This document shows positions 11,717 through 24,342 of a stretch of 64,000 nucleotides of DNA, piece after piece. The notes beneath the pieces were generated by a model, which saw nothing but the letters and a program-made list of their open reading frames with translations, was not told the DNA's origin and ran no database searches. The stretch lies in the NCBI RefSeq assembly GCF_001194135.2, contig NC_068989.1, positions 60,795,878-60,859,877 of the forward strand, given 5' to 3'. Each line of letters begins with the position of its first letter. Within the stretch, counting starts at the first letter, position 1. The DNA is from Octopus bimaculoides. Taxonomy: Eukaryota. The translations under genes and the position numbers were made by a program.

Positions 11717-12738
11717 CTATGGGATCAAGTAGATAATACCTGGAACATGTTCCTACCTCGATCGGTATCATAGGCACTATAGCGTCTTTATCAACTATCG
11801 ACTATAAAAGAAATAAACCACTGTCTCTTTATTTGGTTAAAACAAATACCTTTATATAATCATGCAAGTTTCTTCCTGTTTACAGAAACATATGTTCGTT
11901 TTATTAGTTGAGATAATCTTCTATTCTATATTTTAAGATCTTTCAAAATCTAGCATCAAAACTAATTGGATATCGTGAATGAGAGCTATAGATTTTCCAC
12001 TAGTTTCATTGTCTGAAGACATCAAATATGATTTGTTTGTTTTTCATTTTCACCAATAATTCAAAATGGTGTACAATATAAATTATTACAGTTAATGATA
12101 TTAGTTTCTATTCAATAACTTCTATTGATTTTTCTAGATATTCACATACATGTTTGCTATATTTTCATCCTTAATTACCGCATTAGATGAAATATTTGCA
12201 GTATGTTATTAACAAAACCGAACATCTATTAACTATATGCAAAAAAAAAAAAAATGTTTCAAAATGTTGATATTAACGTTCATAATTTAATATAATATAA
12301 TGAATTGTTATTTTTAACAGGAATGCTTGTTTTAACACTATCGCATGAAATAAATTGTAGGCTGTGGAAATAATATTTATTCTGTAAATAATAGATGGTT
12401 TTGCACATAATTAAAATATGTTTAAATATAAGACAATAACATATACATGCACGCAGATAAACTTACATATATATGCGTACATGTGTGTTCCTCTGTGTGT
12501 ATGCGTTTTTACGTGTATGTGTGTCTGTGAGAGTGTGAGTATATATGTGAATGTGTGTGTATATGTGTGTATGTATGTGAATGTGTGTGTGTAACAGTTT
12601 TGATAACTACTTCTGTACATTCAGACGATTTTATCCTGTTAGTTGACAGGTTGCTAACGACGTTAACATATGTGTGACAATATTACACGTTCAAAATACA
12701 TTTTAAAATACTTTAATATTGAAATTCTTGAGTTAATT

Positions 12739-12912
12739 CTACAAAAGAATTTGTCTGAAATTTTGACTAAGTAATATGTATAAACAAAGGTTAGGAACTG
12801 TAATGGTAACTGCAGTGGCCGCAAAGTATGCAAGGTAGAAGTATATGAAAGATCCAGGTAGAAACATGAAAAATATTTTCATAATAAGCTGAAGTAGACT
12901 TGGAAAAGATAT
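12739..12912 (-). pseudogene. Class A GPCR TM6-TM7-helix 8-like fragment
   Basis: ISFPSLLQLIMKIFFMFLPGSFIYFYLAYFAATAVTITVPNLCLYILLSQNFRQILL*; NxxLY..S..FR pattern with 36 aa from the TM6 proline; upstream frame has stops. Confidence 0.4.
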
Positions 12913-13434
12913 CTACACTGTTTCGTCCTATGAGAAGAAGGTTTGGTTAGAATTTATGAATTTAAATTTCTCGTACATATTATTATTAGGAATTACAAAG
13001 AGAAATTAATTTTGTTAGATATATGAGTCATAAAACAATAGCAAAAATGTATTATACACGGACAGACTGGAGACATTATTTATTTTTTTCACATCATGCA
13101 GCACACAAAGAGAAACAACGAGTGTCAATATCCCGTACGATATAGATAAAAGATTATGCCACATTCTGTCAAATCCGAACACGTGAAAGGAAAGAACAAA
13201 AGTAAAATAATCCGGATTCGAAGACGGTACCCATCATCGTCATTACTTAGCAATGCGAAGCGCAGAGACAATCGATGTTAGTGATTTAAGAAATGGAATC
13301 CTAGCAGAAACAAATGTTTCAGCGTGCATCCAACTCCGTTGACTCTTAAATATTAAAGTGTATACAGTAATTAATCAAACCTTATAACTCATAAAACCTG
13401 AATATATAAAATAAATAAGTTCTTATGACTTTCT

Positions 13435-13620
13435 CAACACTTAAGTTATGTCATAATATACTGTGCGTGTGGTGAGAATTATATTGGCCAGACACGGCAG
13501 ATTCCTACACTAAGAATAACGGTTCGTCGACAACAAATACATAATCCGAGCACTAGAAAACTTTGACTCAGTGAGAATTTAAATAGCATATGATATGAGC
13601 AACCAAATTTTTTCCATTAT
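13435..13620 (+). mobile_element. Penelope-like GIY-YIG endonuclease fragment
   Basis: YVIIYCACGENYIGQTRQIPTLRITVRRQQIHNPSTRKL. Confidence 0.75.
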
Positions 13621-14210
13621 ATCAATGGGCAGAAAATATGACACAATAACAAAGAATAAATAGGGAAATATTTATTTCGTAATATATAACTGAAGTTTAA
13701 ATGGTAAATGAGATACTGATATTTATTTTTTAATATATCTATTAACATTCATACAAAATATTTACCCGCACATTTTCCAATAACTAATATATAAAAATTT
13801 ACATACCTACTCAATGTGGATCTATAAAACCAAAATGTTCTATAAATACAAGATATTACCTCACGTATTACCTAGAGTGTCTAAGACTAGGCAACCCCCA
13901 AAAGAAACCCTATATATTAACTGAGGAATAATAACCCACCATTAAACACGTAGATTGAAATGAATATTTTTTTATGAGAAGTGAAACGGGTTTGTAATAA
14001 TGTACGTGGGAATATTTAATTATGTAATTTTGTAATTATGTACATTGGAGTATCTAGTGTGAATTTTGAAATAATTTAAATGTGAAAATATACATTGAAA
14101 TTAATTAACTGTAGTATGAAAGGAATAGTGCATTTTCTTTTTCATTATTACTTTTCAATATACGCACAAACACAAACATATATGAATTCCTTTACAGAAT
14201 AATTAACTGC

Positions 14211-14244
<34 letters not shown>

Positions 14245-14373
14245 CATACATACATACATACATACATGTATTTAATTAGATACAGAGTTACATACGTAGA
14301 GAAGAAAACCTTTAAAATATTCAGCCGATGGACATTTGTGTATTAGCATATATATATATATATATGTTTGTTA

Positions 14374-14434
<61 letters not shown>

Positions 14435-16165
14435 CGCGTGCGTGCGTGCGTGTGTGTGTTTACAGAACAAAATTACAAGAAGTAAAAAATATGTGGTCGG
14501 TATTCTGGAATCGGGTAGGGCTTCTACGGATTGTATTATTGCTAACGGATGGGTTGATGTGGAGTTCAGTGGATTATATCATAAGGTCGACTGTCAGAGC
14601 ATAACCCTGAACTCCACCCAGATTCAATAATACCAATCATAATGTAACCAGCATGATTACATATAACAGCTGTGACAACCCTTCTTAGCCCAAGACGGTG
14701 CTGATAAAACCTACGGTACTTCTTAACAGGTAAGTAGCCATACGTCCTCCATCATGACAATGCCTCAGATATAATCCTTTCTTGTAGGCACTAATTTTTT
14801 TCATCGTTTACCCATTGCGTCTAGTCTATATATTTTCCCTAATTACAATTCATCCTTACATTACAACTTAACCATGATAGAAGCATATCCCTTATACTTA
14901 TACCTCTCCCTATATATATAACGTCTGTCGTCAACACGCTCGGCAACAGCGCCACTCTACTCATTCCAATCCTTCCCACTCAAAGCAACGAGGTTCCAGC
15001 AGTTGAAATTCTGTGTTAGGGCTATTAAACTCTCATTAAGAATATACTCGGACATTATTTTTTGTTTTAGATATAGTGTGGTGTAGAACGCCACCATAAA
15101 CTTCTCATTACTATTTAAGACGTCAAGGCGATGAACTGGTAGGGGCGTTGGTGCTATTTCTACGGGTAATTCATCTTTCAAGTTCAAATACCACGTAGTT
15201 TAACTTTCACTGTCATCCTTTGGAGGTCGATTAAACATAGTACCAATCATGTACTGGGCTCAATGCCATCGATTTCCCCTACCTCAAAGTCGCTGGCCTT
15301 GTGTCCAGATTAGTAAGAATTATTTTTCATGCGTTCGATATTAGTAGAATTGTCTGCTATTTGTAGCAGATCGTATGACGCCTAAATTCTTTATTTGCTT
15401 TTGACACCCAGAAATCTAGTTTTTACTTAACTACATCGAAACAGGCAACACTACATATCGGTAAAAAGCAAACTGCTCTGATCTTAAATAAAGTACTTGA
15501 AGAACACAGCATTGTGAAAATTAATATATATTAATATTACTTTAAGAAACTCTTCGTGTTCTATCTTTCATATATATCACACAGCCAACAGCAAAATCAA
15601 TCCTTGTTAATAAGACCTTTATAGATCATCTATGATTATAATTACTATTTCGGTTACAGATGAATTTGCAAGCTAATAATATTTAATATCAAAAATTATT
15701 GTACGAGCAGTCTAAAACTTGTAATTGAAGGAAGATTAATTTCTTTGGTTTGAAGGTAACAACTTGATGTGCATAGATACTGTAATAATATATACTGAGG
15801 AAATGGGAAGGGGGAAGGATCGGAAGGGAAACGTACATTGTGTAATGATGCGATTAATATTATAGATATGGGCAATTGCCAACACACATACATTAAAATA
15901 TATACATCGATATACACATACAAATCCACACAGGATAATTACATATCTATATATATGTGTGTGTGCCTACATGTGTGCCTTTATACATAAGTATGTACAT
16001 ATGATATACACCACTTTTTAAATGCATCACCACAGATTCCTATAGAAACTAGAGCCGAGCCAGCACTGAAAGTTACAATGTTTCGTATACGAATACGTCT
16101 ATACAAACAAAGCGATTGAAGGTACAAAAAATTGTAATGGGTGCATACGCTTATTTCCTTCTTCA

Positions 16166-16570
16166 ACACCACATCCAACCCATTAACCATTTTCGAACTT
16201 ATTACTTGAATTTCCAACAAACCGTACGGTGTAACACAATTGGATATACCAATTTACAAATTAAACACATTCCTGACAACTTGTACATACATATTAATTA
16301 CTGGTATAGACACCCTATTCCGTTATGCAACCGTAATATATTATCAAGTATATAAAAGGCTACCCCCGTGTTAGCATTGCTATTCAATGACTTTTCAAAG
16401 TAACCTCTATAGATTCTCTTTACACCACATCCAACCCATTAACCTTCGACAAATTCATTGGTTAAATAACCATCAAATTTAGCGTGTAACAGAATTGTAT
16501 ATAACAATTTTACGTATTAAGCACATTCCTGACAAATGGTACGTGCATATTAATTGCTGATAGAGACATA
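16166..16570. repeat. Diverged direct duplication, ~150 bp copies, period ~256 bp
   Basis: acaccacatccaacccattaacc...cacattcctgacaa...catattaatt at 16166 and 16422. Confidence 0.8.
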
Positions 16571-16834
16571 TAAAGAGATAATTTAAGTACACGCATAGAC
16601 ACGCGCTCATATATATTGCTTACAATAGAATGCAACGATAATGGGGAGGATATAATTTATGGGATATTTGTTCAGGTTTTCTGCGTTCTTACATCATTTC
16701 CTGTAATAGTGGGCCTTGCCGTGAATCGGTTCAATGATCCGGTATTGAACAAATGATTAGAATGTCGAAATGGATTTGTGCAATTTAAGTGCAAATAACC
16801 GCTCCTGACAATAATATATATATATTCTGCTTTT

Positions 16835-17260
16835 TCTTTTCTTTTTTATTTGTCTCAGTCATTTGACTTCGGCCATGCTGGAGCACCGCTTTTAGTCGAA
16901 CAAATCGAACACAGGACTTATTTTTTGTAAGCCTAGTACTTATTCTATCGGTCTTTTTTGCGGAAGCGCTAAGTTTCAGGGACGTAGACACGCCACCATC
17001 AGTTGTCAAGCGATGGTGGGGGACAAAACATACACACACACATGCACACACACGCACACACACACACACATACGCACACGCACACACACATATATATGCG
17101 ACTGACTTCTTTCAGTTTCCGTCTACCACATCCACCCACAAGGTTTGGTCGGCCCTAGGCTATAGTAGAAAACACTTGCCCAAGGTGCCACGCAGTGGAA
17201 CTGAACCCGAAACCATGTGGTTGGTAAGCAAACTATTTAGCACACAGCCACTCCTGCGCC
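16835..17260 (-). mobile_element. tRNA-derived SINE family B (head, CA/TG spacer, tail)
   Basis: Head ggcgcaggagtggctgtg...gggttcagttccactgcgtggcaccttgggcaag; related copies at 39941, 48065, 57240. Confidence 0.85.
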
Positions 17261-18079
17261 TATGACATCACTGATTTTGGTGCAAAAGGCTTTATGATAA
17301 ATTTGTGTATATATAACAGGGCCAAATTTCTCAATGTTGGTTATGCTTGATAGCTTCTATACAAATACTGTCACATGGTCCAAAACAATTATTAATCAAC
17401 CAACATGACACGTTCTCTTGCGTTTATAAATTAAGATGTTTCGATTTTACCACATATCTATATACAGCAAGACGAATCCTTTTATTACTCTTTTACACAC
17501 TACTATCACTGAAAATTAGAAGAGATATGGCATAAGTTATTTAATTAAATTAGCATAATTACTTTATCACTATTTTCTTTTTTTCTTCTATCTTTACTCA
17601 TCATACAAGACTTAATTCCCATAGCAACCACGGACTGTATTTTTACTCTTCATCTAGACAATTATTTATATATTACTTATTCAAGGTAAACACTAGTTAA
17701 ATAAGATTTATTTGATTTCTTTACTTAAGCTATTCATTTTCACCAGTTTTTCTTCATTCTTGTTTTATTTTATTTTACTCGTTATACTGCAATTTAATTC
17801 GAATATAGTGATAACTTAATGTTATTCACTCTCACTGAACTTATACTTTCAAAGCTATTTTTATATTTTTGTAGCTGATACCATTATAACTCGTTGAAGT
17901 TAACGGCTGATCTCTTTACACGTCTACCGTATAGCTTCCTTTCTATTAATTAGAATAACTCGTTCCACACCATTCCCTATGTTGGAATCATTATGCTTAA
18001 CTACTATTGCCTGAAGACATTATCTCCTTTGCTTACGACCCTCAACATCTACCACTTTTCCTTTGGAGATTTCTGAAGA

Positions 18080-18950
18080 TGAGCAACTTCCTGGAAATAT
18101 CTAAGGATGGGACATCCTGGAAAGTTCCGAGGATGGCGCTTTATCGACAGTTCCAAGGATTTCCTGGAAAGATCCAAGGAAGAGCTACTTGCTGGAAAGT
18201 TCCGAGGATTCCTGGGAAGTTGCGAGGATACCTTGGAAGTCCTGAGTGTTTTCAGGAAAGTTCCGAGGGTGAGTTACGTCCTTGAAGGTTCCGGGGATGT
18301 GACTTCCTGGAAAACACCGATGAAAGGTCCAAGGCTGCTACTTCCTGGAATGTTCTGAGGAATTCCTGGACATTTCCAAGGACATCCTGGAAAGCCCTCG
18401 GGCGTCGGAAATTTCCTGGAAAGTTCCGAGGACTTCCTAAAAAACAGAGAAAGGTTCATCCAGGGAAGTTCCGATGATTTCCTGGAAAGTTCCGAGGATT
18501 TCATGGAAAGTTCTAAGGATTGGAATTCCTGGAAAGTTCCGAAGATTTCCTGGGAGGTTCGAATGTCTTCTTGGAAAGACCGGAGGAAGGTAGTTTCTGG
18601 GAAGTTCCGAGGATTTCCTGGATGGTTCCGATGATTTCCTGGAATCTTCCGAGGATGCCCTGGAAAGATCTGAGGATCAGCTACTTCATGGAAAGATCCG
18701 AGGATCAGCTACTTCATGGAAATTTCCGATGATTGGTCTTCCTGGACAATTCTGAGGATTTCCTGGAATGTTCCGGGGATGTGACTTCCTTGAAAGTCCC
18801 GAGGACTTTCTGGGAAGTTCCAAAGCGGAAGAGGAATTACTTCCTGTAAAATTTCAAGTAAGGGCAGGATGGGGTAGAATTACTTCCTGGAAAGTTCCGG
18901 GGGAGGGGAGGAATGGGAGGAATTACTTCCTGGAAAGGTCCAAGGAGGGG
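18080..18950. repeat. Complex minisatellite, basic 21-bp unit ttcctggaaagttccgaggat
   Basis: Repeated TTCCTGGAA; spacings of 21 bp and 26-27 bp measured by hand. Confidence 0.9.
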
Positions 18951-20234
18951 GAGAAATAACTTGCTGCTGCGGAATTTGGATGCTCCAATAATGTGCATGA
19001 TAATCAAAATTTATACTCCCGAGTTTGACAAGCAACCACGTTGAGTGGACCGTCCGCCGGTCAACATCCCCTTCCCTAGAATTGCTTGACTTCTGCCAAA
19101 TTTTGAAAGAAATATTAAATAATAGAAATTCCTCGTTTGTATATCGCATCACCTTCTATTTAATCAATTCTATTATGAGCACTAATCTTTCTCCTTTTAT
19201 GCTAACTCTATCTGTATTTCTCTTTTACAACCTTCCTCGCTCTCGATACGACATAAATCATAGCTAGACAATTCAACCAACCTACCAACTCACCCACCCA
19301 CCAATCTACCAACATTTATGTCGGTTATTATCATATGGAGATTATAAGTTGTTAAAATCCATGGCCTAACGCACGGGAAATATATGCAAATCTTGTATGG
19401 AAATTGAATATATGATATAACCTTCTGGATACATATACGTAATAAATATTTTCCAATTTAATTTCTTCTTAATGAGTATTTAATATCCACCAAGTGGATT
19501 TATGCAATGAACAGAAACAATAGAGTGAAGAAGAAATCAATACTTCACAGTTTTGAATCTACCAGTTCTCTACTGTAGAAGCAATCAAATAGAATACTCA
19601 GATGTATATATTGTAAAATATGCAAACACATTTTCATGGATTTCCAATAATTAATAAGCCAATATATTTGTAAGGTACCAAGGTTACTCTAATTGCTTTG
19701 AAATGTAACTTCCATGTTAGTGCGTCGACTACTGTAAGATAGTACATATTCATTGATTTCTAAGAAAGAGCATCAATCTAAAACAAAAGCAAAAACACAA
19801 CTATAGGGATCGCTGAAACTGAGTGTATATANNNNNNNNNNNNNNNNNNNNNNNNNNNNNNNNNNNNNNNNNNNNNNNNNNNNNNNNNNNNNNNNNNNNN
19901 NNNNNNNNNNNNNNNNNNNNNNNNNNNNNNNNNNNNNNNNNNNNTATATATATATATATATTTGTGCGTTCAGTTGACAATCATATGTCCAGTGGTGGCT
20001 GCGACTTCACGTCAGTAGTATGTTATGCTGCTGACCTAGTCAGCGGGGTGGCATCATTAGAAAGCTAGAAGGGTCGTCGTGACCAGCTGTACGCAAGCAG
20101 TATACTATTTGTTTGGTCGATTGAGCGAGCCACTGATACATACATACATACATACATACAAACATATGTACACATATAAACCTACATACATATATATGCA
20201 TATTGTTTATATTTACATGTCTCTCTCTCCACAC

Positions 20235-20317
<83 letters not shown>

Positions 20318-20929
20318 AATATATAAAGTTAAAAACGTGTAGTAAATGCACAAGCGAACGAAAACATACAGACACAAAATGGCAAGTACAAAAACATAGT
20401 CAATGCACAGACGAAAGGAAATCAGACATAGATTTTCGACCAGAGAGTCAAATGCATTTTCGTGCCTTTAACGATAATATTGAGTCCCTTCTAGTGGCTA
20501 CATAACGAAACAAAACACAATGAAAACAGACAAATCATAAATAGATAAGCAAGAAATATAGAAGTTGACATAAGAAAATAAATAAATGTAATTCAAGATG
20601 AGATAGTTAGTGGACAGACGAGGGACATAAGTCAAATAATTAAGCAAAAAATGTAGCCTTAGGGCTATTTGAAGAGAAGTACAGGTAACGATAAGAAAAA
20701 AATCTTAATGGATTGCAAACAGATGGGCAACAGAAAGCTAAACAGATTGAAGTGAAAAATAAAGAAATGACGACTGGTTGTTTCAGCAGCGGGCATAAAA
20801 AACAGCAAGGAGAAAGAGAAAAAGGATCACTACGCGTCACGTAGTAGTAGCAACGAGAAAAGTGGTTGTGGGCGGCAGGAGACACAGAGGGCAGAGCGAG
20901 AAGAAGAGAATAATGGAGCGAGTGTGAGA

Positions 20930-20982
20930 AAGAGAGAGAGAGAGCGAGAGAGAGAGGGAGAGAGAGAGAGAGAGAGAGAGAT

Positions 20983-21060
<78 letters not shown>
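20930..21060. repeat. (AG)n microsatellite
   Basis: Direct; other long (AG/CT)n tracts at ~20220-20270 and ~35795-35893. Confidence 0.95.
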
Positions 21061-21064
<4 letters not shown>

Positions 21065-21562
21065 CGACACAGAGAAAGAAAAAAAGGAGGAAAAAAAGGA
21101 TAGAAATAGCTAGACAGATTCTTAAATACATACATGCACGCGCCCCTGGACACTTAGTTACCTTGGCTATAAATGAGCTGTATTCTTTGTTAAATACATT
21201 TATATACATAAACTTAGACATTTTTGCTAAAGTCTAAGTACCTTGGCTAATAGATGTAAAGCAGGCCTGGTCTCGTGCTGGTGATTGCACTGCATGAAAA
21301 AAAAAAAAACGTAATAATGACATATTTTCCAGATAATAAAAATATAGTTTTTCTGTGATGGCTTCTAGACTTTGGGGAATCCTTGTTTCCTGCAATATTT
21401 CTCCTGCCCTCGAGGAATTATATTTCACTCCCATTTCTAACCTTGACACAAAGTGTGGCGGCGGAAATGCTTTTAATAAATGAAGAAGCACTGCTGCTGA
21501 ATGTTATTACATACATATATATGTGTGTATGTGTATATGTGTGTGTGTATATGTATGAATGT

Positions 21563-21898
21563 GGAGGCACCGCGGTCATAGGATCACGGTTGTAAATGTT
21601 TATTGAGCGAAAACACCTGAAGCTCCACGAGGCTCTGGCAGAGGATGGTGGCGAACCCTGCTGTACTCTTTCATCACAACTTTCTCTCACTCTTACTTCC
21701 TGTTTCTGTTGTGCCTATAATTCAAAGGGTCAACCTTGTCACACTGTGTCACGCTGAATATCCTCGAGAACTACGTTAAGGGTACACGTGTCTGTGGAGT
21801 GCTCAGCCACCAGCACGTTAACTTCACGAGCAGGCTGTTCCGTTGATCGGATCAACTGGAACCCTCGACGTCGTAAGCGACGGAGTGCCAACAACAAC
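21563..21898 (+). mobile_element. SINE family A, 5'-truncated, tail gtcgtaagcgacggagtgccaacaac
   Basis: High similarity to 43877-44220. Confidence 0.85.
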
Positions 21899-22024
21899 AA
21901 CATATGTATGAATATATAGGTGTACGTAAAATTGCATATATATATATCTGTGTGTGTGTGTTAGATAAAATAAAATAACAAGGCTAAGGCAGTTTGATAT
22001 TCCTAGGACATTTATAAATAGAAA

Positions 22025-22676
22025 GATGGTCTTACAACTGTTTCAGGTAAATAAATGATGTCCCATCATGAGAGACGAGTTAAAAGATTTTCAATAGAAG
22101 GAATTAGCAGTGTTCATTTTTTTTAGAAGTTATTCTGGAGAGGGAGAGATATACAAGAAATTAAATATAATGCAGACGTTATATAAAAGGAAAATATGAA
22201 AATAAAGATACATGTTGGATGTTAAAGTTGCTGTTCCGTTATCCAAGAAATGTGTTGTTTTGAATGGGTAAAGAGGCTTCTTGTCCATTATCTGTAAAGT
22301 TCGATAAGAATTCATATGTTATTATTTCAAAAATGGTATTAATGGCATGTGTTGTTCATTCAAAATGATCTTGCAGTATAAATGAATTTTGAGAATTATA
22401 GTGGTAAGGGGAAGTAGATAAAGAGAGAAATGAATAGATAAGAATGTTAGAAAGAAGAAAGAAGTATGTATAGGAGACAGTGGTATTCTTAACGGCTAGA
22501 GTGGAGGTAGAGAAGGAAAAAGAAGAAAAAAGATAACAGAAAAGACGAGTGCTAGGTGCTGGTCAAGATATTATAAGGGAGAAGAGAGAGGAGGGCTGTC
22601 GATAAATACAAGGATGGTCTTACAACTGTTTCAGGTAAATAAATGATGTCCCATCATGAGAGACGAGTTAAAAGAT
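22025..22676. repeat. Exact 64-bp direct repeat pair (22025-22088 and 22613-22676)
   Basis: gatggtcttacaactgtttcaggtaaataaatgatgtcccatcatgagagacgagttaaaagat occurs twice. Confidence 0.9.
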
Positions 22677-22968
22677 AGACAGAAGATATACGAAAGTAAG
22701 GAAAGAATATGTATGAAAAGTTGGAGGTGGGAGATAAGTTTGAACAGGCATTAAGGTGGAGGAATAGATAAAGAATGTGTTGCTGAGGGGAGGGGAGTAC
22801 TAAATCTGAGTAGTTAACCTGACAAGGCGGGAAAGAAGTGAAATAATGTGGAAGAGTGCTCGGAATTATGGGGTGAGTGTGGACATATAATGGGTCAAGT
22901 TTGTAAAAATAGGCGTAGGCATTTTCAAGAAGTCAGAACGTGTACTAGCTAAAGTGAAGGGCGAAAAT

Positions 22969-23107
22969 TATAGTGGGAACTGTAAAATCAGTGAGAGAAA
23001 GAAAAATAATGTATATACATTTTAATTTCTCCCACTGATTTATCAAGCCCCACTATAGCTATATATATATATACATATATATATATATAGTGATAATAAT
23101 ATTAGGG

Positions 23108-23153
<46 letters not shown>

Positions 23154-23178
23154 CCCTAATATTATTATCACTATATAT
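22969..23178. repeat. Two adjacent palindromes (22969-23057 imperfect; ~23084-23178 perfect around (TA)n)
   Basis: tatagtggg..aatcagtgagagaaa / tttctcccactgattt..cccactata; gtgataataatattagggataa / ttatccctaatattattatcac. Confidence 0.8.
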
Positions 23179-23759
23179 TTAGAATAATAAGGTAGTTAGA
23201 ATGTTGGATGATTATATAGATATATTTATTTATATATTATTTACATTTCATCGCTTTCTTCCGTTATCGAATTTATCAAAAAATGGTTCTAATTTAGATT
23301 TCTTGGCCTTTTTATAAAGAATGTTCTGGGGTTTGCGAAGTAAGGGAGCAGAAAGAAGAGAAAAAAATTTAGAANNNNNNNNNNNNNNNNNNNNNNNNNN
23401 NNNNNNNNNNNNNNNNNNNNNNNNNNNNNNNNNNNNNNNNNNNNNNNNNNNNNNNNNNNNNNNNNNNNNNNNNNNNNNNNNNNNNNGGGGGGGGGGGTAA
23501 AGAGGTGTGGCTTATGTATGGTCAGACTTGTTTACTTAGTACTTAGTGGCCTTTTAAGGTGTGGAAGCAAAAAGAAGACAAAGGAAAAACAATTTCTGAA
23601 TTTGAATTGCTCAAGGTTTTAATTGAAAAACCAGATGCTGTTTTAGATTTTCTTCAGTAAAAATTATAATTGCATATACAGGACTTGCTCTTTTGTGTTC
23701 GTTAAAAAATAGTAGTATAGATGTGGTCAACTTTTTCTGATTGAAATTGTAGACGATTT

Positions 23760-24140
23760 CGAAATATACCCGGCATATATATTTATAGGTCTGTTATCTC
23801 TCGGAGCTATGAATTTTTCTTCACATATTTCCAAATGTTTCCTTTTTTCAAGCGTTCAATTTTGGTGCGAATTTCTTTATAAAGTGTATCTCCATTGTTT
23901 TTTGGGAAGTTTGGGTCATTCCTTGAGCATGTGAGCATACTTAGTGACGTGCTTAAATGTTAGATCAGATTTTATTACAATTACAGCTCAACCTTCGAAA
24001 CACGTTAATCTCCCATTTTTTGATAGTGCAGTTTATGTTTCGATATCCTCCTCAGATAAGATCGTTGGCTCCCGGTAGACCATCTGATGGCATGGAAGTA
24101 TCCTTTACCCACGAAACTTCAAGTCATGTGGGGCTGATTG
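23760..24140 (-). mobile_element. Decayed PLE C-terminus
   Basis: MEIHFIKKFAPKLNA* at ~23848-23895 fits the E..FI..F.P.LN end of PLE GIY-YIG domains. Confidence 0.4.
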
Positions 24141-24306
24141 AAACTGTTATTTCATAAATGTAATTCCAACCAAAATTTTGAGTGCTTCTACCTTTTGTTT
24201 GCTCTTTCATTCGGCTATCTATCGATCTGTCTGTTCGTCTGTCTGTCTGTCTGTCTGTCTGTCTATGTATCTCCCTACCTACCTACCTACCTACCTACCT
24301 ACCTAC

Positions 24307-24342
<36 letters not shown>

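Noticed and set aside
14466-14729. + strand exon-like interval (ttacag ... ag/gtaagt)
   Set aside because: Good splice signals but no frame is open across it and no homology recognised; a non-coding exon cannot be excluded.
14957-15300. 76-aa minus-strand ORF
   Set aside because: No recognisable motif, and the upstream part is a degenerate family C SINE.
18080-18950. CRISPR-like array
   Set aside because: Units are abutting degenerate repeats without unique constant-length spacers; eukaryotic context; no cas genes.
18007-18959. Heptad-repeat protein (FLESSED, SWKVPRI or SSELSRK)
   Set aside because: Frequent frame-breaking unit lengths; no single frame persists across the array.
19990-20135. 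hAT-like MITE with CAGTGG ends
   Set aside because: Only 6 bp of inverted match and no TSD seen.
20640-21221. 193-aa SL-repeat ORF and similar IY, LLL, VVV and PTYL ORFs elsewhere
   Set aside because: Microsatellite translations.
23102-23107. TTAGGG telomere repeat
   Set aside because: Single hexamer, expected by chance.
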